From Callorhinchus milii (Eukaryota): 64,000 nucleotides of DNA. The translations under genes were made by a program, and so were the position numbers. Location of the stretch: NCBI RefSeq assembly GCF_018977255.1, contig NW_024704742.1:123816001-123880000 (forward strand), written 5' to 3'. Numbering within the stretch: position 1 is the first letter of the stretch; every line of letters starts with the position of its first letter. Below, one piece after another: positions 24,714 through 37,846 of this stretch. The notes beneath the pieces are model-generated. The model made no database searches. It was given only the letters and a program-made list of their open reading frames with translations, and was not told the origin of the DNA.

Positions 24714-24795
24714 AAAGATCAACACAAGTCACACAGAACAAGCGACTTGCAGGTGACCGTTCTTTCCGAGGTAACGGGGATTGCAGCAAACCCAG
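24714..24795 (+). CDS. MCIDAS: Multicilin, coding exon 2 (divergent)
   Basis: tacag|AAA...CCAG|gtacag; 82 nt, phase 0 to 1 as required to join exons 1 and 3; KDQHKSHRTSDLQVTVLSEVTGIAANP has only weak similarity to human. Confidence 0.6.
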
Positions 24796-24892
24796 GTACA
24801 GTCATTGCATGTTGTTATAAATCATGGACAGAGAGCTGTTCATCAACACACATTGCTACTCTCCTGTAAACCTCGCACCGCTTTGCTTTTAG

Positions 24893-24987
24893 CATTCGTG
24901 ACTATAGATGAAACTGTGTGGCAGGATTTGGCGGATTGCACATCATCAGTTCTACATCATGAAGCTTCAATTGAACCCATTCAGCAG
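24893..24987 (+). CDS. MCIDAS: Multicilin, coding exon 3
   Basis: ttttag|CA...CAGCAG|gtaagt; FVTIDETVWQDLADCTS matches human LTTIDLQDLADCSS. Confidence 0.88.
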
Positions 24988-27900
24988 GTAAGTGTAACAG
25001 CAATGTCAGTAGCAATCCACTGTTTCTGTACCTGTCCACCTTTGTGTGTCAGCCTGACTGTGTTGGGGGCTGCATTGGCAAGAGTTGGTGCTCTTCCAAT
25101 GAGATAAGCTAAGGTCTTGTCTACCTGCTCAGGTGGATGTTAGAGATCCTTTGAACAGAGAAGGGAGTCTTGGCCAACAATCAATTCATGGCTGTTTGTG
25201 GGAGATTGCTATACACACATTGGCTAATACATTTACCTGTAAAAATACACAGTCACCACACTTTGCAGTGTATCCTATGAGATGTTTCCAATGATGTGAT
25301 GACACTGTATCAAATGCAAGGTTTACTATTTGTACAGGTACAGAAAATATATTAACACACTGGCGTGAGAGAGTTTCTAGCTGCAATCTTACTTGTTGAA
25401 CTAATGACGTCATCAAGGCTATTCGATTTGGAGCAAACAAAAAGTAAAATTAAGTAAGCTTTCCATCAAAAATCTAAAACACCAACTTGCACTTATATAG
25501 CGCCTTCCAGCAGGGTGAGCGCTTAACAGTGGCAGAGCCTGACTCGAGCTGGGGGGGATGGGGGGGGGGGGGGAGCGGTGAGGGGGTGAGGGCGGTGGGG
25601 GGTGGGAAGTGACCTTAAGTATGGTCGAAAAGGAAGGCTTTCAGGTGGGACTCAAAAACGTGGAGAGACTGCACAAGGCGGAAACCAATGCAAAATGTTT
25701 AAAAACACAGTGTAATCAGCTCAATCTGTTATCTAGAGCAAAATATCATGGTTGTTTGCCGAATACACCAAAGATATTATCATAAACGTTGCAGTATATT
25801 TTGTTAATTATCTTATCACTTGAGATAATAACCACATCTTTGATAAATGTGATTGAGAGATAGTCGATAATAGGACTTCTGTGTGGGTGTGACCCCTCAC
25901 CTCATCCAGTGAGAGAGGCTAATCACAAAGCCACCATTGCAAGCACATGGAGCATAGCAACTGGAGAATGATTTACAGGATACCAATGTATTCAAAAAGA
26001 AAATTCAGAGCCGTGCCCATATGCCATTAACTATTATGCTCACTGAAAGTCTTATTAATGACTTTCAATCATATTTATCAACAATATGTTAATGAACGCG
26101 TCATAAATTGCAAATTTCGCTTCATCGTTTCATTTTTAAAACATGAATTTTTCAGGTCACTAATGAAATAATGTGGTGTTAGGTGTGAGTATATATGAAT
26201 AATCTGTGAGCCCACAAAAGACACAGTCAATCCATTTTACCTTACGTGCTTCAGATGAGATATTAAACCAGGGTCCCATCTGCCTGTTCAGGTAGACGTT
26301 TAAGATTCCACGGCACTCTTCAAAAAGAGAAGGGAGTTTCTCCCAGCGTCTTGGTCAAAAATCCCCAAAATAAAATTGGACACTTACTCCATAGCTGTTT
26401 GCGGGACATGGTGTGCGCAACTAGCTGCCACATTTCGCCCACACAATACGCAGTCCTCTGCTTTCAATATATCTTGTGAAGTACTTCCAATGAAGTGATA
26501 AGATGTTATATCAAATCCAAGGATTATTATTATTATTTACAGTATATCCTGTGAAGCGCTTTGAGATGTCTCAATGATATGATAAAGCACTATATCAAAT
26601 GCAAGTATTATTATATCTGAGTAAGTGAGTATAATCTCCTATCATTTACATTTTACTGTGTCAACCCAATTATTGATAGACTACCTGTTTTTAAAATCCT
26701 TTCATCGGGTCTCAAGAATAAAATTTGGAAGAGTGCCAACTCAAAATGGAATGAGGTTTAAGCTATTTGCCAAAATAATTTTACAATAATGTTACAGATT
26801 TAAAACAAATCATCACTTCAATTTCATAAGCAGCAACCATTCAGTGTAGTTCTCTTCATTTCAACTGAACTGATCACACAAATATATCAACTTTTCTTCG
26901 ATCTTTGTATTAAGTCGTAACATAAAATAGTTGCCTAGTTTTATGGCAAAAATGCAATATCTTTATCTTAAGATGAGGCAATCAGTTCTTTTCTGCTAAG
27001 AAAATATTGAACAGAACAGCATTTCACTTCTCAAGAGAAATTAGTCAAGATTGATTCAGGAGCTGTCTGTCAATTGCTTTACTGATTCACTGACATGAAG
27101 GTGCTATATAAATAATAATAATACTTGCATTTCATATAGCACCTTATCATGTCATTGAGACATCTCAATGTGTTTCACAGGATATACTGTAAAGTTCACT
27201 GAATGTGTGTTTTGTGGGTGAAATGAGGCAGCCAATTGCACACAGCAGCGTCCTACTAACAGTCATGGATTTATGAAGTGACTAATTTTTTTAAGTAACA
27301 TTAAATAGTAAAAAAAATTAAAATGAATGTTGCAGCTATAATGCAACAACAACAATAATATCTTACATTTATGTAACACTTTTCACATTGTAGGACATCT
27401 CAAATAGTCCTCATTACAGATAAATAAATTAATTAGAACTAATTATTTACAAACAGATTACTCTTGTGGTATTATTTAAATGCTCAATGAGACCACGGGA
27501 GTACCCACAAGGTAATTGTAGCTGGCAATGAGATACAATTTATAATTCAATCAAAATACTCTCCTGGTATTGTGGACTGTGCACAAAATGTTATGAGCTG
27601 TTAACATCAGTAGAAACTAAAGATTAAATTTCAGTCTTAAACTCTCTGAGAGATAGATCCTAAATAGTTTAGTTCAAACAATAATTTGACTTTGCTTATT
27701 GCTACTATGAGTGGTTTAACCCACCCACTTTCAACAACAGCAGCAATAATTTATATTATTTGTTTGGTCAGTCAGATGTCTACATACCCATCAGAAACAA
27801 CAACTTAAATTTGTTTAGTGCCTTTCACTTCGGGAGAGCATGCTAAAGTGCTGGACAGTCAAGGATTTGCACCCAAGCTGAGCGGAGGGAGCGGACAGGT

Positions 27901-29636
27901 CAGTATGGAGATAGAGGTAGGGAGGAGCACATTAGGCCATGGAGATCCGCCAATTACAGCCATGTTGGGAGGAGGTAGAGGGGTGGAGCCAAGTTGGCCA
28001 AATCCTGATCTCGAACCCCCCTCACCCCACCCAATCTTTTGACTCCAAATCTATTCCTGGACCTGATGGAGGTGAACAAAATGATGAATTATAATGTTAC
28101 CTGAACAGACAGGTGGGATTACTGTTCATTGGAAGAGTTGTTCAACATATTGTGCAATCTGGAAGCTGAGAAGAAAGATCAGCATTTAAATGGTTAAAGT
28201 ACTTCAGATCTGGATACAGGGATTAAGACACCAGTGAAAACTGCAAGCGCTCCTATAGCAACTATTAGAACACAGACCTGCATCAATCATTTACATTAGG
28301 AAGATAGGCTCCTTAAATTGCATTGACAAATATTCCACTTTAACTGCCATTGTACACCTTTATACTGTACTTCACAAGACAAACACTGGGATTACTTTGT
28401 AACGAACAATGAAAGTACCAATGGGCAGAGTTTGACTGTTACATGGGGGGAGGAGGGGGCACTGAAATGAGAATGGTGTGGGGGGTGGGGAGGGGCAGAA
28501 AAAAAATCAGGCAATGAGTCTTGGGGGGCACTGGAGGCCTCAGTGGTTCCAGCGGCAGTACCCGGGTGGGAATCTGCGGCTGCTCATGGATTTTCAGCAT
28601 TTTTCAGCAAAGGAACCAGTCATACAGCAAAATATCTGGTCTGTTTGTGGGGACTGCAGGCCTCCACGTTTCACCCACAAAATGTACAGTCAATTTACTT
28701 TACAGAAGCGCTCTGGGACGCCACCCCACATGAAGAGCGTTATATAAATGCAAGTTGTTGTTGTTGTCTCCAGGCATCACCTCACCCTTGTACACACACG
28801 CTCCACCCAGTTCACTGCACAAACACAGCAACAGCAACAGGCGGTTGTTGGATTTGTGTCAGTGCTCAGGGCAAAGGAAACCCTGCAGATCCAAGACACG
28901 GTGAATTTTTGGGGGTGAGGGGTGAGGTGAGGTGGGGGGGGGTGTGCTTAGCCACTTCAAGCCCCAGTCAAACTCCACCTACAAAAGCATCTTTGATCAT
29001 GCAGTTAATTCCATTCATGCTGATACGGTACCTAAAAGCAGCCTGAAAAATTCCATGGCAGAATACACAAGGGCAGGGGTTAGCTTTGAAATCCCCGAGT
29101 GAGTTTAATATTACAGCGAAGTCCGTACAAAACGCTGATAGTGCTGTGGGGCTTTGATACTGCAACCCACTCCCACATACCAGTCCTTCTGTCTTGGGAA
29201 TGGTTCACCTGTTGCTAAAGATATGTACAACATACGCAGGGTAAGTAGCTTAACTCCTAAAGTCACCTCAAAAGAGTGAGATAAATATTTTATGTTTCGT
29301 ATTTACAACAACAACTTGCATTTATATAGCATACCTCACACAGGTTAGTGTTCCAGAGCACTTGAAAGCGGAGGTAATGGGGGTACAGGATGAACTGCTT
29401 CCACCCCCTGCCCCTAGATTTTAGGTGTATGTTTGGCACTTTTACCTCCTGCTCCAGATCTCTTCCCATTGCTCTGTGCATCGCCCTGTGCCACATGTAA
29501 CTTCGTGAGAGGCAACGCAGAGAACGAGAGGAAGAGAACCAGAGTGAGGGGTATGAGGCAGGGTGCAGAGCGATGGGAAGGTGGCACCACTAATGGCTTG
29601 TCATTGAGAACACTGACTCGAGGGCTTCCTTCTGTT

Positions 29637-30548
29637 TATACAACAACAAAAAACAGAATAACATTTGTATAGCGCCTTTTACGTCGGGAGGACATCCCAA
29701 GGCGCTGGACAATCAATGCTTTGGACCCGAGCTGGGGGTCAGAATCGGGCAGGATGGAGGGCAGGGGGGGAAGGAGGGTGATCGAAGGCATGATCGAAGA
29801 GGAGGGTCTTGAGATGGATCTTGAAGGGAGGGGGTGAGGCAGAGGGACTCTGCGATGGTGTTCCAGAGGGTGGGAGCAGAGGGCTGAAGGCCCATCCACC
29901 AATGGTGAGGTGGTGAACGTGAAGCAGGCTGGAGCCCACTGAGTGGAGGGAGTGGGCAGGTTGTTAGGGGGTTAGGAGGTCACAGAGGTAGGGGGGAGCA
30001 AGGCATTGGAGGGCTTTGAGGGTGAGGACCAGGATCTTGAACTGTATCCTCTGTGTGATGGGAAGCCAGTAGAGTCGCACGAGGATGGGGGTGATAGGGT
30101 CATGGAACCTGGTGCGGGAGAGGACATGGGCTGCAGAGTTCTGGAATATCTGCAGCCTATGTAGAGAGGAGTTGGGGAGACAATCAGGGCGTTTTCATAG
30201 TCAAGCTTGCATGTTATGAATGCTTATATGAGGGTTTCAGCGGCCTGGGGTGTGAGACAGTGGTGGAGCCGGGCGATGTTGCAGAGGTGGGGCAAGGCAG
30301 AGCGGCGCATGGCTCAGATGTGGGGTAGAATGGATAGTTGAGGGTCAAACACGATGCCAAGGTTCTGGACTGGCTTAGCAAGGTGGAGTGTGCTTCCTCG
30401 GATGGTGATACTGTCAGTGCCTGAAGTGTGGAGGCGCTGACAGGACCCTACCAGGAGGACCTCGGTCTTGTTAACGTCCAACTGACGAAAATTAGCTCTC
30501 ATCCAGGACTTGATGTCTGACAGACATTCTGTCAGTGGTCCTGGAGTC
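29637..30548 (-). mobile_element. L2 LINE 3' fragment in MCIDAS intron 3
   Basis: LTECLSDIKSWMRANFRQLDVNKTEVLLVGS...VQNLGIVFD RT C-terminal motif plus 3' UTR and tail. Confidence 0.88.
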
Positions 30549-32119
30549 AAGGGTACATCTAGAATAACTCTACCCATTAGGGCTTTGATTCCAGGGTTAA
30601 CAGGAGATGAGTGGGAAGAATTCCTACCCAGAATAACTGTCCCTCCAACTACTACCGCTGAGGCAGGCTGGCCGTCAAGCAGTGCTGTAGAATAGACTGC
30701 AGACCTGTCCGGATCAAGAACCGTCAGATCCATGGTACTCCACAATTTGCACTATTAATAATAGTAATAATAATAATAATTTGATCACTCAATCCACGAC
30801 TGTTTGCGGGACACTGCTGTGTGCAATTGGTTGCCCCGTTTCACCCACAAAATGCACAGTCAATTCACTTTACAGTATATTCTGTCAAGCGCTTTGAGAC
30901 ATCTCGACGATGTGATTAGGCGCCATATCAAATGCAAGGATCATTATTCTCAGTCTTATACTAAACTCAGGTGATTGCACTACACATTGTAATCTCCGGG
31001 CTCGTGCGTGTCGGGCTGTTGGCTTCTGCGGAAGGTGGAAAGGCGGAATGGATTGGGGTTTCTGCGGGGATGCAAATGAATCACAAGTTGTCGGACAAGA
31101 ACTGCAGCAGGTCAATAATAAACCGGGTGGGTGGTGTCTGAGCTGTGGGTGTTGGGGCTTCTTTGGAAGATTGGCATTACGTAAATCTGGGCGGACAGGA
31201 GGGTGTGGCAGAAAGGTTTGCCTGGAGTGAGTGCCAAGCCTGAGCCTGAGGGGGAGAGGCCGGGCTGATCTCTGGAAGTGTTTGCTTTAGTGTGAAGGTA
31301 TTTGCGAGGAGGAGCAGGTGCCCTGTGGTTGGCTGTGTGGCCGCCCCCGGGTAGAGGAGCAGCCAAGTTGTCTGTGCGGAGGCTCATGCGGAACGAGTGG
31401 CAGTTCGCGTAACGCGTGCCAACCACCCCCTCAGCTCAGCTCAGCTCAGCTCAGCTCAGCAGCAAACTCCCGACAGAGACCAGGAGACGATAGAGCAGAT
31501 CTCACACACACACAGCCCCGGGTTTATTGAAGCCCGGAGTCAAGAGTGGGGCACTGGGTACCAGCGCAGGTCGCCACCAACATCCACCCACATCCCCTTG
31601 AGGGTCAGACACCTCGGACACTTACGCACTCTCACGCGTCTCTCCCTCACCCTCCAGGGGCAGTGTAAGCGTTTTTTTTTGTTGGGTTCAGAAAACCGTT
31701 GCTATTCTCCCCAACCGGGCAGTTTGATCGCTGCCACGTTGACTCGAAGAAGCAAAGCAAACACCAAAACAGTCTGTTACTCCCAAAGCAGCGATAGTCC
31801 CCTCTGTAGGCAAACCACAGGCTCTCCACCTCGACAGCTCTATCAATGGCACTCCAGACTTGTTACATGCAGTTTCCTCAATGGGGCTTTGAATTCCGGG
31901 TATGTACCTGTTCTCTTTTTTTTTTATGCAATGCAATTAATCTTTGCGTATGTCGTTAGGTATATGCACGACACATGCACACGCCGACAGGGCTGTTATG
32001 CAAATCCGGTATCGATTGCGGATCGCACAGAGAAATTGTCCTCTGTCATCATTACGCAGAGTCGGTGCAAGATTTCGATAAATGTAATATTTTGATGCTA
32101 CGAGTTCCATTATTTACTT

Positions 32120-32151
<32 letters not shown>

Positions 32152-32155
32152 GCAG

Positions 32156-32225
32156 AGCCAATCCCTGCACGAAACACCTGATTTTGACCTGCAGGATTTC
32201 GAAGATGTTGATATTCTCATGTGTG
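32156..32225 (+). CDS. MCIDAS: Multicilin, coding exon 4
   Basis: ttgcag|AGC...TGTG|gtaagt; SQSLHETPDFDLQDFEDVDILMC (human [24 protein letters not shown]); 70 nt, phase 0 to 1. Confidence 0.88.
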
Positions 32226-32990
32226 GTAAGTCTGCGTGATTTCGTTCGGGTCCAATGTCACACACGTCGTTGCAGAGCAGTAAGTAAGTGGGTGTCTGTA
32301 ACCCACAGACGTGTTCCATCAGTCGTTGCCACTGGAAACAAAACAAAACCCAATCGGTGAAACGTGTTTTAAGAAAGCAGTTGCTTAAAATCCTCCCTAC
32401 CTCCTGCTGCAAGTGTCTGTCCTTGCGATGTGTAGCTGTGTTGCAACACTCTTCCCTAAGTTTGGACGATTTGCGAAAGCAATTCACGATCACACTTCAA
32501 TTTCAATCGCTATTTTCTCACGGGCACCGTCTGCTCCAACGACACGTTTTATTGAACACACACCGAGAGACAGCGGAGTCGGATGAACACAGCGCGTAAC
32601 GTGTTGCTCTCGCACAGCAAACGGAGCGATTGAGAATCTCTCTGTGAGGCTTTTCCTCGCAAAATACGCAGCGAGACAGTGAACTGGAGACAGTGAACTG
32701 TGGCGAATGCAATTACACGGGAACCTTCAGGTCACATCTCTGTGTCTGTCGGTGAGGTGTTCACTCAGTCAGTAACATTCCTGCCGAAGGTTTGCTGACA
32801 GCCAACCAAAACACCACCACCTCTGTCCCACCTGCAACAGGTGCCATCGATGCTCCTCGCTGCCCCCCAACGCTACATTCATTAGCCTAAAAAGGTAACG
32901 AACACTGACAGTAATTGCACAGAGCCCCGAGTTTTCTTCCTCGTGTTAAAACCAAATGAGAGACACCACACCTGTATCTTCTGCCCACAG

Positions 32991-33223
32991 ACCCCACCTA
33001 TTTGATGCACCCCCTGCCCCTGGCCGTGTCGGAGCTGCCGCTCTCTGACTGCTGTGTGGCTGATTTTGAAGCCTGTATTTCTACCTCAATCCCTGACACC
33101 GACGACCCTCTGATGCAGATGAATCTGCAGACGGACCACACGCAGCCGCCAGAGCAGTTCTGGAAAGATGTGGCAGAAGAAAATCAGAAAGCACTGGGGG
33201 ACGCGCTGGAAGAAAATGAACAA
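32991..33223 (+). CDS. MCIDAS: Multicilin, coding exon 5 (start of geminin-type coiled coil)
   Basis: cacag|AC...CAA|gtaaga; PPEQFWKDVAEENQKALGDALEENEQ (human [26 protein letters not shown]). Confidence 0.95.
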
Positions 33224-34678
33224 GTAAGAAAGATGAAGGCATTTCCTCCTCTCTTGTAGATAATGTCAGATTGGCTCAGTTGGTGAGCACTCTGCACCTC
33301 TGGATCAGATGATTTGGGTTCAACCCCCATGTTGAGAATCGAGCTCATAGACCAGACTAACACCCCCCTGCATCTGTCACCTTTAAAATGCACAGTCACT
33401 ACAGTCACCACACTTTACATTAAATAGCATAAAATGCTTTAAGAAGTCCTCCTGATATGAAAGGTGCTGCATCAAATGCAAGGACTGTTGCTTTCCTTTA
33501 TTTAAGACATTAAACCAAGGTCCTATTTGGTTGCCCAGGTGAACATTAACACTCCCATGCCCATCATTCAAAAAGAGAAAGGAATTTCTCCCAATGCCCT
33601 CATGGACAATCCAGATAAATACATTCTTCACTTCATGGCTATTTGTTGGACTTTGCTTTGGTACTAATTGGTTCTCACAATTGCCTAAAAATACACAGTT
33701 ACTACATTTGCCTACAAATACAGCAATCACCTGTGAAACACTTTGAAATATTTTGATCTTGTAGGCGCTATATTGGTTGAAAGAATTATTTATTATATGC
33801 TCACTGTAACATTGTTGACGATTGTATAATGTTGACATAGATATATAGATATTGTGAACAATTACCGAAATCTGAATGAACAGCAAATTCAACAGGTATT
33901 TTGTCAAACCAAAATCATGCTTACTATCAAAGTTAGCTGGTCTTTGCTAAATATTTGTGTGTGTGTGTAAATTTCACATATTTAGCATGACTGGCTAGCA
34001 TTGCTAAGCAACAACGACTAAACTTCCTTTCTCGAGACCCAACAACCAACTGGCTTTGTGGAACAGTGCTGTGCGCAAAATAAGAATTTGAAATCCTAAT
34101 TATTTTACACGAATACGGACCTTGTAAAATTCTCCCCTATTACAAAGATAATGGTAGAGTTTTATACACCAATGTTGAATTAAAACATTACTTATATGTC
34201 AAATATGAATGAAGATATCCTAATTTGAATGCAATTTCAACCCAATTATTAAGGTTCACTTCATTCATACCCTTTAGGATCTTGAACACTTCAACAAAAA
34301 TGCCCCATTAGCTTTCTATAATGTAAATACTTTATAGCTTCTCCTCATAATTCAGGTACTCAATTCCAGTTATTAATCTAGTTGTGCTTCACTGTAGGGG
34401 GAAGAGAAGGGCATGGCAAAGGGCTGGCACTCTCGAGTGGGAAACAACATGGCTAGCTAGTATTGTGTGATACAATAGTGATGGTATAATACTTGATAGA
34501 GGAAAATTTTGGTTACATCTGTATATTGTATTTTGTGTGACAATTGGTGTGACATTCTGTTTTCTTATCCACAATTGGAATGATCTCAATTAGTGAGATA
34601 TCCGGTTCAATATGATATCATTAAATTAGTTACCATCTGAAATAACTGGCTAAATCTGAAATGTGCTTTCCTTTTCAG

Positions 34679-34789
34679 TTGCACGTCACTTTAGAAAGAA
34701 AACAATATGAAATTGTGTCTCTGAAGGAAAGAAATATCCAGCTGAAGGAACTTGCCAGCAAAGCTAAACATCTGGCATCTATACTTGAT
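34679..34789 (+). CDS. MCIDAS: Multicilin, coding exon 6 (coiled coil)
   Basis: tttcag|TTG...GAT|gtaagt; [37 protein letters not shown]; 111 nt. Confidence 0.96.
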
Positions 34790-35039
34790 GTAAGTTTTTT
34801 TAGAAGCATTTGTCAGGGAAAGTGCATAGTTTCACCACTAGGGACATCATTAATAAGGAAACAAAATAAATGAGATAAGGAAATGGGCCAGTCAAGCCTT
34901 CTCCCTTCTCAGGCCATGCTAAACCTAATTTATGGCTGACTTCACCCCCACCTGCTTTATCTCTTCAGCATACAGAGTCCTCGCATTCCAATGTTAATCA
35001 AGGAAACTTCATAATATTCTCCCATGTGGATTATTGGTT

Positions 35040-35620
35040 TGGCTATGCTAACTCTGCTTGTAGGCCTTCCAAACTCTTCCTTCCACAAGCTGCAGATTAT
35101 TCAGAACTCTGCAGCTTGTGTCCTCTCCCACCCAAGCTTTGTGACCCTATCACCCCCATCCTTGCCCGGCTCCACTGGCTACCCATCCTACAAAGGATAG
35201 AGTTTAAAATCCTCGTCCTCACTTTCAAAGCCCTTCACGGCCTTGCTCCTCCCTATCTCTGTGATTTGCTAACCCCATATAGACCAGTCTGCTCCCTCCG
35301 CTCAGCAGACTCCCCCCAGCCTTTCTGTCCTGCCCACCATCAGCGGTTGGTCCTTCAGCCTCTTTGTCCCCACCCTTTGGAACTCCATCCCACGGTGTGT
35401 TCACCTCCTCCCCCCCCCCCCCACCCTTTGCCTCCTTCAATGCACTTCTCAAGACCCTCCTCTGAGCATGCCTTTGGTCACCTTCCTTCCCTTGCCCTCC
35501 CTGCCCTCCATCCCTCCTGATCCCAACCCCCAGCTCAGGGACAAATCTCTGACAGTCCAGGACCTTGGGATCTCCTCCCAGCGTGAAAGGCGCTATACAA
35601 ATGTCATTTGTTGTTGTTAT
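35040..35620 (+). mobile_element. L2 LINE 3' fragment in MCIDAS intron 6
   Basis: PITPILARLHWLPILQRIEFKILVLTFKALHGLAPPYLCDLL L2 ORF2 C-terminal motif and (TTG)n tail. Confidence 0.9.
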
Positions 35621-37373
35621 TCAAACATTGGATCAAAGAAGCAACAGGTCACCACAGGATTCACGAACAGCAACTCAGAGTTTACAATGGCAAATAGAAG
35701 AATGTGTGTGCAGTTGTTTGTGTGTGATAAAGAGAGAGAGTGTCTCTCACACAATACTGTGTACACCTGGGTGGGTTGTGTTGATTCTCTCTCATACAAT
35801 ACAACAGCAACAACTTGCATTTATAAAAATAATAATCCTTGCATTTGATATAGTGCTTTTCACGTCTTCTCAACGTCTCAAAGCGCTTCACAGAATAGAC
35901 TGTAAAATGCATTGACCGTGTATTTGTGGGCATTTATGTTGCAATCACACGGATAGCATCCCGGAGCGCTTGACAGTGGCAGAGTCTGATGCTGAATTGG
36001 GGAAGAGGGAGATGACCGTAAGCACGATCAAAAAGGAAGGTGTTTAGGTGGGATTTGAAAGTGGGGGTGGGGGCACAGAGGGATGGAGGGGGCAAGGCAG
36101 AGGGATTGAGGGTGAGAGAAGTGGCAAAGTTGAAAACAAAACTAGAACACTACCATCAGAATAAGAGTGCCAGGATCACACATGCATCAGTTATTTCACA
36201 CTACAGAACAAACCAAACACAGGTCTATTTGTGGAGGAAGGATGAAAAAAATGCACCTGTGCTCTTCAAACAAGACAACCACAAAGTAGACCACACAATA
36301 CAAAGTGGTTTAATGTGTGGTGACTCAATGGAGATCTACAGTAGCAGCAGCTCATGAAAAGATCAGAGCCACAATTTGTTTAGTGTTGCACATAACATAC
36401 AGCTTCAGAAAAGGCCATTCAACCCATTAAGCTGCTCCATCTATAGACCAATCCCATGGTGAATTTCCTAGTCTTCATACCTCAATCTCTTGGGGATGTG
36501 GGAAGCTCTGCCGCAATATATTTTTAATCCCAAAAACATGCAAGTTAAAGACTCCGAAGAAAGCATGAATGTAAAAATGTCAAATGGTCCATTAATATCA
36601 TTCCTTCCACAGACAATGCAAAACGTATTGTAAGGCAGACTCCACACACCCACTCTATCTTTTGGGAGAAAAGTTTGTGTAGATATCCCTTGATCCCTAA
36701 GGGTAATCAAGTTAAAAATCTAGAATATTCATCCATCTCTGCCATTTGACATATCTTCCATTGAGCGAAATAAGTGACACACAGAATTTATGGTATTAGT
36801 TAGTAAAACAATTTGCAATATGATTCTCTCTGATGTTCCTATCAGTAAAAAAATCAAGAAAAAACAAGTCATCATATTTTAATTTATGTAGAAATATACA
36901 TTAATGTCGACCCTACATTACAATGGGTCAGGCTATAGTCCATTTGCTGGTCAGCACTTCTGAGTCAGGATCCAATGACATCATCACTGCTATATCACAA
37001 GCATTACCAGTGATTTCTAGAATATTAGGGGGATATCTGGAGACTCACACTATGGGCTTGAAGCCAAGAAAGAACTGCACACTGTGGGTACACACTGCAC
37101 ACACCCTATATGTGGTCCTGTAGTACACCAAAGTGCAGGACAAAGATATTCGGCTATATTTTATACACACCCTGGATTATATTTCAGGGTAGCTTGGCAT
37201 TGAAGTAATGTTGTTAAATGACTCAAACTTCACTCTTTTGCTTTATAATATTATCTCAAACCGATCACATCATTGTACCAAGCTCTACATTGTTTGTTAA
37301 CTGGTATTGCTGATGTAATGCAGCTCTGAGTGAGATGCCTCATTAATGGAATGTACTTTTGATCCTTAATTAG

Positions 37374-37838
37374 AAAGTAATGAAGCAGGAAAGTCAAGCT
37401 CCCAGTGAAGTTCTGCCTGAGACCTTTCCCCTGAGATCTCCAACTAAACGCCAAAGGTTTGACGACCCTTACTTTGGTAACCAGGACTGTGAAAACGTGG
37501 ATGAGATTTTAAGAGATATCTCAGAAAAATGCAACGCAGCTTTGCAGACATTTAATGGTACAGACTATGAACATTTCAAGGCAACTGTTAACTCAGGAGA
37601 AACTAGTTACAATGAAAGCAAGGAGACCATCAACATGTATGGGAGTTTCAGTGGATTACAAACATCCACAGCCTGCAGCACTGTAAACTTGAGCAACAGT
37701 GACCTGGACAGTGACACATCTTTTAAAACTTCAATTCGTGACCATTGCACAATAAGAACATTAGCATTTCCTCAAGGCAATGCATTCACCACCAGGACAC
37801 ATAATGGTGGTTTCAAATTCCGATGGAGTCCCAGCTGA
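37374..37838 (+). CDS. MCIDAS: Multicilin, coding exon 7 (TIRT domain)
   Basis: ttag|AAAGTAATG; ends SFKTSIRDHCTIRTLAFPQGNAFTTRTHNGGFKFRWSPS*, the diagnostic MCIDAS TIRT domain that binds E2F4/5-DP1. Confidence 0.97.
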   Translation, partial: KVMKQESQAPSEVLPETFPLRSPTKRQRFDDPYFGNQDCENVDEILRDISEKCNAALQTFNGTDYEHFKATVNSGETSYNESKETINMYGSFSGLQTSTACSTVNLSNSDLDSDTSFKTSIRDHCTIRTLAFPQGNAFTTRTHNGGFKFRWSPS

Positions 37839-37846
37839 AATGAGGA

